DNA of 49,530 bases, the filler included, from Catajapyx aquilonaris (taxonomy: Eukaryota), in NCBI GenBank assembly GCA_000934665.2. It is 3 parts of 3 records of this genome, joined end to end, with 100 filler letters (N's around TTAATTAATTAA, not from the genome) between each part and the next. Parts side by side here need not be neighbours in the genome. Positions count along the whole stretch, not along the records: positions 33,096 to 49,530 come from JYFJ02007203.1; 2 more parts are not named here. One strand, given 5' to 3'. Below the pieces are notes generated by a model, which was not told the origin of the DNA, made no database searches, and was given only the letters and a program-made list of their open reading frames with translations. Shown here one piece after another: positions 35,380 through 47,300 of this stretch (its first letter is position 1; each line of letters opens with the position of its first letter). The position numbers were made by a program, and so were the translations under genes.

Positions 35380-38300
35380 CTGCAGGAAATAAAATTGTAG
35401 CAACATTAGGTCAGTACGGGTTACATACAGTTGGGGCATGCATTTTGAATGATAATAAGTGAGAAAATATTAATAATGCACACACACCAGTTCACAGCTC
35501 AGACGTATCTGCATCATCTGGCATGTCCTCAGTACACACTCACTTCCAAATAAACAACAGTAAAAAGGAAATGCAGGCCATTCATAAGTACCACACAGAA
35601 ATCAAAGTCAACTCAAAATAACTCCAATCAAGCAAAAATGCAGCCAATTGCATAAATGTGTCATTTTCAACAGTTTAACAATTCTTCTACGTATAATTAT
35701 GGATGACCGATCAAAATGAACAACGAATAAAATGGCAAAATCGCACCTCTTTATTGCCTCAGAGACACACAAAAAAAATCAATACAAACTCAAAAAAATT
35801 GTATAAAGCAAAAACAAAATAATTGAACTAGTTACATTTGTAAAACTGCTCACTCTGTCTCTCTCACCAGTTTACCAGTTGTACTCACCACAATGGGGCA
35901 TGCGGCACTTCTTCAGCCTGTGGAGTTTGGGACACTCCCTTCCTCCATTCCTAGGCATTACCTACAAGGTATTGTGAAAAAAATATTACTTGCTTGTTAC
36001 ACGTGTAACAAAATGGCAAAAAAATTAATTGCTGATAATTGCAACGTACCTTTATGCTTCTGTATCTTTGCTTGTACCCTTTCCCACAAGACACATCGCA
36101 CGAAGACCAAGCGCCCCACTCATCTACTTCACAGTCAACTGCTGGACTGTCCATGTTTGCCACGAGGGACAGTGCAGGACCAAGCAATGCTGAGTGATTG
36201 GCTGAAATTGTAATAGTTAAAGTTGATTAATCATGTTCCATCTGGTATGAAAATATAACAAAACACACATTTGCAGATTGGTACATCTTTAACTGCTAAA
36301 TGATAAAAACTGTAGGCACAACTGAAATGTAGCAATATCAACATAAGTACGAGTGTGACCATATAAAGAGAAAATCAACTGAAAAGTGACCAAAATAAAT
36401 TTTAAAACACACGACACCGAATGGTAGTAAATAGTACCACACACGAGTCCCTTCTCTGGATGGACCCTCAGACTACTGTCATCCTGTAAGACATAGTTGA
36501 GCACCCCTGATATGGACACACCATATTTCTTCAGTTGTGCAGTCCGATTCGCCTCGAGCTTCTCTGAAAATATTATTGAATGCAACCCCAAAATATGCAG
36601 CCTTCCTCTCCTTCTTTTGTATCAAATCTTGGAAGCACTGTCAACAAAAATATATCTGGGAAAATTACAATGACTGACCTCTAAGATGTCCACATGCTGC
36701 CTGGCAGTCCTCCTCAGACATGAAGTTGTTCTGGTTCCCTTTGCAACCACCGTAGATAAAGTCAGCGCACTTCCCTGTCATGGCATCAAAGAACCACCTC
36801 TTCTTGTATCCACGGCACGGACCAATTTCCACTGGCTGCAGGCATATTCCTTTACAAAAAAAAGGGTTAAATTGATTATTCATAAGCATAATTATGTCCC
36901 ACAGTGTTTAAATAGTCAACACTCCTGCATTAATTCACAAGCAGCAGCAGCATTTATAACCAATGGCACACAAAAATCCAGATGTGACTTACATACACAC
37001 GCTCTAAGGGAAATGTTGTTCTTACCACAAAATATGATTAATCTTTCATAAAAATTATCAGACGATAAAATAAAATGACAGTTTAATTACAATGGTAAAA
37101 AAAATAAACAAAATAATGATTTTACTTGATTCCTGTCCAATGTTAGTTGGTGGTCTATCAATCCCTGGTTGATACCTTTCCGCCTGCTCCATCTTGCGCT
37201 TGCATTCCTCCTCCATCTCAATGCGCTTAGCATAATCCAGATGTGGATTGTTCATTATCTTTTTGCACTCTGAACAGCAACAAAATAATCAAGGGGGGGA
37301 AAACAAAAATGATGAAATAAACAAAAAATTCACATGCAAGCTTAAGCACAAACAAAAAATGCCTTTCACACACACTCCCAGACACAGTCAAACCTTCATG
37401 TAGCAGAGGTTGCCAGTAATATCAGTAATTCACTACAAAAGACTACTGACCTTCCAGGTCTTCACCATGACAAGGTGGTCCCATACATGTGATGACTTCC
37501 CTGAGGTTGACGTTACATCTTCCTTGCATGTCATCCCTCAGCAGCATCCGTGACCTCTCCTGCTCTCCTCTCCCGCAGCTAGGGCTGCAAGGACTCCAGT
37601 GACTCCAACTGGTCACCTTGCAATTGGGGTCATCCACTTCGCCCATCTCCTCGCTGCCTCCTCCATACCCACCACCACCACCACCCATCCCATCGTATGG
37701 AGATGGTGGACACTCCTCCTCGTAGCAGGGCTCCTGGTCCTTTGATGCCAAACGGCAGCTCTTACGTGTGGATCCAGGGAGAAGCTCGATTCGGCGGAGA
37801 CGACTGCGCATTCCTTTGCCACAGGTCACTGAGCAGGCTGACCACTGACCCCACTGACCCGCAGTGCAACCACCACCAACAGGTCTAGAAAGGTATAGGA
37901 AATTAACACACGGACATGAGCTTCATACAACTCTATACTAACGGTGGGCAGTTGTAGAATGGTGCATAGCAATCTCCATATTGGTACACCTCTCTCTTGC
38001 ACAATGCCATGGCTGCCTCCCTCGGATTGTGGTACTGACGCTGCCTGCTCTTCACACCTTTGCCACATGTCACCGAGCACTCGCTCCAGTCACTCCACAG
38101 ACTCATTGCACATTCGGCTGAAATAATTACATGAAGTACAGCCATCTCATTGGTACAAACAAGAAGCAAAACGTACGTCTCTTGGCATCCCCACTCTCAT
38201 CTACAAATTCCACAGCTTCCAGAGAATCCATCCCGATGCCACCTGGCCCCATCCCTCCTGATGGATGATAGTCTTCTTCTCCAGTGGACACTTGTGCTGG

Positions 38301-41300
38301 ACAGCTCCTTCCATACAGCCTCTGCCTTTGGATATGAAGTCTGCCAAGAGGACTCAGTGGAAATCCATTGGGGTCGTAAAAGGGGGACTCGTCACTGTTT
38401 GGATAGTACTGGGTGAGTCTTCGGATCTTATCTGGAGGGTCCATCGGGTCGTCATCTGATTTGTACGAGAGGCCTCCGTCTGTGCCTGAGTCCCATGGGT
38501 ACAGGTTCAGCACCATGTGGTCAGCCCAAGTGCAGTTCTGTTGGCAGAGCTCAACTCCTGCTACACCCAAGAACCAGTCTGGTGATGGATCTGCAGAAGG
38601 AAAGTTAAGTCATCACCTGCAACATATGTTTCAGATGCAAAAGTCCTTTTAGGTTTATTATATGAATGCTCACTGATTCTGGACACGAGTGACATCAAGT
38701 GATGTCTCTTGTCAACCCTAAACACAGCGTAAGTCTTGCTGTGTAATATTGGGTATGGAATCCCCCTGGCCTTGATTATGGTCCTGATGTGTCCACTCTC
38801 CTTCTTCAGCTCACTCTCAAGGTCTCGGATGGCACCTTCTTCTGCAAACTGCTTCAATCCTTCAGACGCATTTCCACCATACTGCCAGAAGTAGTAGTCC
38901 GTCGAATGAGAAGCGCCAATAACATCAGTGAAGAATGTCTCGAACTGATAGGCTGGGAAGTCCTTCGGATGAGTATGAAGTGACCACAGACCTTCCAGAA
39001 CCACCTGGAAAAAAAATGTTCAGTTTAATCCCCCACAAAGATGGCTTCATAAACAGTCACTTGCTTCATATTTGGCTTCATTGCAAGCACAGCAATACGG
39101 AAGAGCTCTGGGATGTCCATCGTCGTCGTCCTTGGACTCGTCGCACAGAACTTTTGTGAGTGAGTCGTCGTCCATGTACCACATGTCCTTGTTCTCCATC
39201 ACCATCGCCCTGTGGGGGGTGATGCCAAGTGACAAATGAGACGAAAGGGTCCAATACTACGGGGCTATCGAAAGTCCAGGCTTGTGCAAAAAAAAACTAG
39301 GCAGATTTATTGTTTTCCTGTAAGGGCTACACTTCAGATACCGGTATTGCAGCCGTTTTTCAAGTCGCGTCCATTTACAGGCTTGACCATTACTCTTTTT
39401 TTTCCCCCCGCCAACTTTTACATTCAAGAATTCGTCATTGTCAACAAACTTCGATTTTTTTTTCCTTCCATGCCTAACAGTGTGCTCCTAGTGTAAATGT
39501 GTCGAATTTTCGTCCCACTGCTAGTTACTGCTAAGTAGAAGCTGCTGCAACATTGTTGTTTCCCACACTGTGTCCTATTTAACCATTAAATTACGTGGCC
39601 CCGAATTATCTCAATCGTTTTAACCAGCCTTTTTTTTAAAAAAAAAACTCATATTTGCAAAGTAAACCCAATATGTTGTGCTTAGCTCGCTCTCCGATAA
39701 TTTTCCGTCGCGTGTTCAAACAAGTCGCGGTGGCCGCCAAAATCGATGCAACATCCTCCTCACTTTCTCACCATTCATCAGCCCGAGTTGAGTTTGGGGA
39801 GGGCCAACCCTCCTCCCCCCCACCCCCCTTCAAACTTCTGCCAAAAACTTTTTGAAGAGGTCGAGAGAAGGTCTTGAATTCTCCCGCCCTAGCATCTGCC
39901 AGGCTCATCATCAACCCTGACGACGAAATTGACATGGCGGCACACTTTTTCCGTCCCTAAAGAAAAAGGAAAAAAGGGCTGGCGAAAAAATCCTTTCCCG
40001 ATCCCAAATTTCCAGAGTACGAGTAGTCACGTCCTGAATAAGTCCTGGGGATGAAAGGAGGGTGTGGAGGCGGGGGATATCCTCTTCTATTGGGATTCAA
40101 ACCTCCATCAAAATCCTTCTGGTCCTTCATTCCTATATCCTTTTGTGCAAATTCGGGCCAATTTAATCCTGAGATCTTCCCGGGTTGTATATATAGGACC
40201 TGAGTACGATACTATGCCACGTGGCAACTGAGAAATTGTCCACTCCGGTTGTGACTGTCCGGAGGATCAAGAAAATGGGTCGCTGTCCCATTTATTTCTT
40301 AGGGCTGAAAAACAATTCGGACCAACCCACCTCTCTCATGGAAAACTCTCTATACTAATCCACTTGTTCTCTCCGTCTGCTTATGTCCGTGTTGACTCAT
40401 CACCTAGGTAGTAGTTACTTTACCATATAGTTTTCACATAATTAGAGCGGTCAGAGAGGGTGGGACCCACTTCAATGGTGATGGTGGGCTTTGTCCTCGC
40501 GGTGACTCATCACCAACGTGCATGTAGTACTACTTTCGCCCCGAGAGTGGTAAGGTGACTAGATAGAAAAGGTGGCGTCAACCTTTGAAGTGAGCTGTGC
40601 CGCCAACGGGGCTCTCTGATTGGTCCAGCCCGTTTCCTGTCCCGCCACCGGCCATTTTGGGTCGAAACTCCTTCGCCCTCTTCGCGGGAAAGCATGTCGG
40701 AAGCAGTGCAGTGGTGTGGTCCGTGAGCTCCCAGGCAAGAATAATAATTCATTATGCCCGGGTGTTGCGCGGTGGGCTGCACTAACAGTACCGAAAAGGG
40801 CTTCAGACTGTTCCGGTTCCCAAAGGAGCCGGGAAGACGAGTATGCGAGTATCATTACCTGTTGACATCCAGGTTCAGCCAAGATGCTTTAGAAAGCCTA
40901 TTTTCTTGCACCAGAATGACACAACCAGTTCCTTCACCTGTGCAATTGAAGGGCTTGGTGCAAGAAGGGGATAAATCCAATTTTGGGCGGAAGGACTTTA
41001 TTGGCCACTCGGATAGGAAAAAAAAGGCCGATCATTTGGTGCAAGAATGGGAGTCATCCGGCTGGAAACGAGCATGTCATAAAGGCTATACCCCAGCTCC
41101 CTTGGTAGTATATAAGAAGGGGGCAGATCCGGAGGTTTTTTGTGTCCCCTGTAAAGTTTTGTTTTTGGCACTTATCCCCTTCTTGCACCAAGCCCTTCAA
41201 TTCATACACGCATTGAAAATAATTGTTCCCATCTGTCAGCGATGATACTTCCACATCCCAAAGCATTAGCAGTTATAATATCAGTGAAGATCAATTTTTG

Positions 41301-44300
41301 TGTGACTTTGTGGAAATTTGCAAAGACTCTGTACTTCCTGTAGCTGAACCAGAAGGTCATTGTGAAAGTTCTGATATTAATGCAGATGACTTTGACATAA
41401 GTGACACAATTGACAATGTAGCAGATGCAAACATATTGTACTATCTTGGCGGATACGTAGTGAGAAAGGTATGTCGCAGTATCAATTGTGACTCATGTTC
41501 ATCTGTATTGAAAGCATCAAGCGCGGAGGCCCCTGCAACCTCAGCAGAGATGCCTTGTGCTTCAGGTATATGAATGAAATTCACAAAGTAAGTACATTAC
41601 AAGCATTCAAAGCCATTAAGCCAGAAGCACTATATCAATGCAGTGAGCATCAGGCATTCACTTTACTGAAGAAAGGAGAAAGTATATTTTGTGCATTGAA
41701 AGGAAGCAGGTTAGCCAGTGTCCAGGCACCTTTGCCTGAATATCTCATAGCTAGGTATGTACAAAAAGATACATGCAAGCACCTTCACAGAAATGTGCCA
41801 TGATTTGGATGCACTTGTGCTAAAGGCCTACTTTCTATTGAGGTTGCAAATTTGGGGTGAGCAAAGGACCAGGGAATATGTCAAAAAAAACAAAAAACAG
41901 CAGTAACTGGACATGGAAGTAGGAGCACAAGGATGCGAGTTGTCAAACAAGTAATCTGAGTTTATAATCGTTCTGTGAAAATGTGAGTGTCATATTGCAA
42001 AATCTAATTTATTCTTATCCTGACCCTAGCAGCATTGCGAAATTAATTTTTTTGTTTTGTTATGAGTTTATTTTCGATGTGCATGTTGTGCACAAGGATG
42101 CCAGTTATTGTGGAGTGGTTCATAATCATTATGCGAAAATAAAGTGAGTGACATATTGCAAAATGTAATTTATCCTGATCCTGATCCTAGCAGCGGTGTG
42201 AAATAGTTGTGTTATGGGCGTATTTTCGATGTGCATCTTGTCCTCAAAGTTGGTCCACCTGGATTCTGAAAATTCCAGAATAGTAACATGAAATATCTAG
42301 ATCAATTTTCAGAATGTCTAACAGCTACCAGATGGGTTGGGCGGCACCCAGGCGGCACCCGAGGCCGAAGTAAAAGCAGTTGTGCATAAAGGGTCCATAG
42401 TGGCGGGCAGCCGATTTCGACCCAAGATGGCGTCAAAAGCGAAGTTGACGCCACCTTTTCTATCTAGTCACCTTAGAGAGTGGCAGTAGTGTGCGCCAAC
42501 TGGTAGTGGCCTATCGTACTACGTCCAAAGCTGGTGGTTGAGCCTAGCAGCGTTGCCAACGAGTACGTTACTCGTAGTGTGTCAACAACAATCAGCACAC
42601 TGGCTCACATTGTTAGGGTTTAGCTGAAACATTTTTTTTTGACATGTTGCATACTGCCATACATCATTACTCTGATTATGTGGGTAGCCGGATCAATGCT
42701 GCGTTGTTGCAACCCGTTTTTTTTCCACGAGTATTCGCATCGTTAGTGGCCAGAAGCGCTAATTATACTGCGACAATGACTAATCTCCTCGGTTTCTAGA
42801 ACAGTCAAGCGCTTTTGAGTGACAGTAACAGGCTGGTCGTAACCGGATACGTGCAACGCAATACTGCTTGTCCCCGAGGTCATCCCAAGGGGGGAGAAAC
42901 ATATAACAAAAAACAAGGTATATAAACATGTATGGACAGTGACAGTGAAACTGGACACCGCGTGTGCTCCGTTTTTAATCACCACCAGCAATTGAGGAAG
43001 CGTCAAATTATTAGAAGCGGCTGTCTTCTCTCTGGAACTTTCATAATAATGTGTCGTGTATACTGCGACTGACCTGAACCTGACGCATCCATTTCCTGGA
43101 GGAGGTGCGATCCACATGACCTGAACCTCTTGCATCTCTATGGTGGAGCTGGAGTGTGTGACAGAGTTGGGACACCTGGCGCTGAATCGGGTTCGAGCAT
43201 CGCCCAGAAGCTCGAAGGATCCAACATTCTTCCCGCCTTGAACTGCACCGTCCTCTATGATATTGGCAGGTTCCACGCTCAGGAGGAACCCTGCGAACTT
43301 CAGGTCCGGCTTCTTGTCCAAACGATGCTTAAGAGTAACTGCGGAAGAGATAATAAAATACACATTTTACACTAGTAGTGGAGACCGTTCTTCGCACGGT
43401 CTACACGTAAGCAATCAGCGTACCAAGTCTCAGCAGTCCGAAAGTAGGTAAGGTATCCCAGACATACAGACAAACTTTCTGCTTTATTATGTAAGATTTT
43501 GTCAAACGGCCATTGTATCGATATTCCGTTCCACGATGAATCGATATTAATGAGTGACGTCAGGCTCTGCGATTGGCCGTGATTGGCCGTGATTGGCCGT
43601 GATTGGCCGTAACCTCTTCTATGCCCCTCCCACTTCTCCGTACAGACATCCGTAACGAATTTCCCTTTTATATAATAGAAATAGACGGTCTTTATCCTGC
43701 AGGTACTGTACGCTACTTGTTATGGAAGTGCTTCCGCGCCCTGACAATTGGAATCCGGTCCCTCTTTTATTGAATCGCGCATTTAGCTCTAATAAGAACC
43801 TATTTGATTTGCTCCCCCAATTTGTGCTGGCTCCTTTTTTTTAGCCCACTCATTAACAAAAGCAAACGCCCTCCGGACTATGATTTGCACACCCCAGAGT
43901 TTCAAACACAAAAAAACATGCACCACGGAACTGCAACTGGAAATACGTATGCATAATTCTCATCCCTTGTGGGCCACCTCGAATCTCCATATGTTACACT
44001 GTTGGCCCCTCAGTAAATCAGCTTCTCTCGACGTGTAATGTACAGTACGTGGTTTCATTAAGATTAGCCCCTCATGCGCATCCCTTATGATAAACACTAC
44101 CAAGCTCGGGCTCAAGAAGAGTCCAGGGGGCATATTGTCCAGCCACGTAGCCGCAGCAGTATACACTATAGAGTCTGCCAAGAGTTTCGCCAACTAAACA
44201 CACAGGGTGGTTTAATTTCAAAGTCTCTGTAACTCTCTAAATTTAAATTACACTTTAAAAAAGGAGTGGATTTTCAATAATTTACCGATTTGAAATTTGA

Positions 44301-47300
44301 CTTGTTCTTTTTGAGTAGGCCTGCTTGTCACTCTTTCCAGCAACGAGTAGTGGAAATGTGCACTTTTTTCGATTTAAAAACATCAAACTTCTTGAGTATT
44401 TTTAGACTTTTAAAGACCACTCGAAAACAGTTTTTTTTAAGTACTTTCCAAAGAGTAGTGGAAATGTTCACTACTTTTCGATTGAAAAAGGTACACTTCT
44501 TGAGCCCTTTTATATACTCCTTCAGGGAGCACAGTTCAAGAAAATCTTTATTAAAAAAAAGAGAGATATATTAAAGGTTGGTGCCATTGTTTTACTTTGC
44601 GTCAGGCAAAGGTTGATCTTCACCTGAGCTGTGTACCACCCTGTATAACCTTGTTTAACTGCAAATATTTGCCAGTCCGGACCACCGGGCGCGATTATTA
44701 CCCGGAGGCGGATTTGTGGATCCAAGCCTTAATCGGCCACTTATTTGTACCTGGAGCCCTCCTCTAAAATTACATCAAACAGTCACTTCCAAACCCTTCA
44801 GCTCCCCCCCCCCTCCCCTTTTTAGGCAAGCATTATCAAGTCACTCCAGCTCGTCTCTTCCTCTCTAGAGATGTAACTCACGTCTAAGGACACCCTATCC
44901 ATCTCCCAGTAAAATTCCTGCCATCCGCATTAAGAGGCCATTTGCTTTTGAGCCCCTGCTGAGCCCCACCTCACGCATCACGCCTTATGGTGTAATAAGA
45001 TTACGGACCCCCAAAAAAGAGGACATTCTTAATTAGGCAAGATTGCTTATTATGCCTCCCATCGATTTGCGGAGGATGGCAGTGGGATCAATGCTGATTT
45101 CTATGGTTATATCCCCTCACGTTTGCGGTGGGACCACTTTCAACGATACGTGATTCTACCTGACACTACCCCCCCTCAAACCCTTCCCAATAGCACAAGC
45201 CGCTTAAGCTCCAGACACGTGCAGGGGACATTGCAAATTCACAGCCAGTCCTGATGTTAAAACCCGGTTCGCATTCAGTGCGTATAACTCATGCTTAATG
45301 GAAGGGGGGGAGACTCAGACATGACTTTTATGCAGGGGAAAATCAAGGGTGAGGACAAGTTAAATGTGACCGCCTACAGAAGAAAAGAGAGATTAAAATC
45401 CCGGGTTTTAGTTAACGAACTGGTGGCTTAAAGTATCTCCCTTTAAAGGTATCCGTCCGTGGGAAAGCTCCAGTCCATTACAAAGTAACATCAACAAGAT
45501 CAGCAGCCATATACAGTTCAAGCTCCTAATTTTGGCACAGGCTTAGACTAAATTGCATTTGGAACCGCAGCTCTCCAATCAACATGGTCGATGGGTCGGA
45601 AAATATATATATTATTTTTAGGATCCTCTTTTTAGGGGGGGAAAGTCTCGGTTTCCACTTGACAGAGTTTGTTTTGGAGGGGGGTCGGTTTGGAAAAAAG
45701 GGAAAAAGGCAGGATTCCATCGTCTCACATCCAAATCACTCGACACCCTCCATCAGGGGAAGATCCAATTTCCCTGGAGCCTGCCCCTTTTTTCTCCCTT
45801 TTGTTTTCTTTAGTCCCTGAGAGCGTCTCTGCCGGCTTCCATTGTCCCGCTCCCAAAATCCCTGCTTTTGTTGGCACCTTTCAACCCACCCCCCATCCAA
45901 CCCCAGCACCCACCCACGCACAACACCACATAATTGCATTAATTGCGAATCATTCCCCTCTAGAGTTCTTGGCGCCCATGCCAATTCGCAATCCCTATTG
46001 AACCAACCAGACACAACGTGCCAAAAAATGGTGATTTTTTACTGATCGCTCATAAGATTACTCATAAAATCAGAGTGATCAGTAATTTTTTATTGATCAC
46101 TTAAATAAGCGTGATCAGGCAAAAATCACTGATCACTCTTAAGTTGAGGAGTGACCATTTCGCTTACCACCAAAGTGTCTGAGGTTCTGGATTCAGTGCC
46201 AACTTTCGATCTCTTTTTTTCGCGATTTTTTTTTTTGCCATAGTATATAGACAAAAGACCTATCAAATGGAAGGAAGTGTAATGTGATGTGTTTGTTGCC
46301 CGAGATATGATGCTGGGAACTTGGGGACTTTCATCCGAGTTGAAATGGCGTCGGGTCCGAGTTAACGGGGAGTCATCTGGAGGGGTAATGGCGACTAGTT
46401 ATGATCTCTGCCATCCGAAACTGTGGACTGTTAACATTCTGTCGTGTCCGGAAAATTCCGGGGGACCTCCTCATTTGTTTTGGCCCCTGGTTCCAGATGC
46501 TCCGAATATTTCGACCACAAAAAGGCAGAGAGTGCACACACACACAAAAAAATACATATGATTTTAAAAAAATGTGTGTATCTCTGCCAGCTGTTTCATT
46601 GCTTGTGAGAAGGACATCAACTATGATGTGTCTATATTCTATAATATCTCAATGGAAGTTTATTGACATAGCTTATGGCGACTATGAACAGCACCTAACA
46701 CGTTCAATTTGTGGGGTGCAGTTACCGCATCAGGAACCGTGTTAATGCGACAAAGTGGATTGCTGACTGAAATTGTTTTTCAGGCCGGAGGCAAAATGTC
46801 ATCAGGTTTAACGTGAATGACATTTAATTGCAATTCAGCAGTGCACCCCCCATGTTGTTTTCTGCCCTTTGCAACGCCGAGTGTGAGAATCAATTTTTTG
46901 CACATATTTTTAAATGCAAACTTCATGTAAATCGTAATTTGAGATACTCTTGCAAAAAGATTATTACCTAAGGCATTTTCATCCATTTAATTTGTATTAA
47001 GCGAGCTTCTATAGCAGTGATTTTTTTGCAGTCGTACTGCAAGCCCAGGCACTGTAATCACATAATTGTACACTGTACATTTAAGCTGTATATCAAGTAC
47101 GTACAAGAAGCTTATATTCAAGCAATACCATTAAAGCAAATATGTGCCCATCACTTGAACTGTGCACTCTGCAGCACTCCCTTAAATCTAACGACCCATG
47201 CCTCAACTGCCAGCATTATGCACTTAATTCATAATTAAGCACAAAATATCCGACTTCCCGCGCGGTCTATTTAAAATTTAAATCCCGACGAAAGGGCAAC

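Larger units (their letters stand above)
40551..42475 (+). mobile_element. Internally deleted P-element-superfamily transposon in a spondin intron
   Basis: Perfect 32-bp TIRs TAAGGTGACTAGATAGAAAAGGTGGCGTCAAC (40551-40582, 42444-42475). Perfect 8-bp TSD GAGAGTGG. THAP N-terminus and P-transposase C-terminal motifs inside. Confidence 0.92.

Noticed and set aside
44203..44643. CAGGGTGGT...ACCACCCTG Tc1-like MITE
   Set aside because: Only 9 bp of inverted match and no TA on the left flank.
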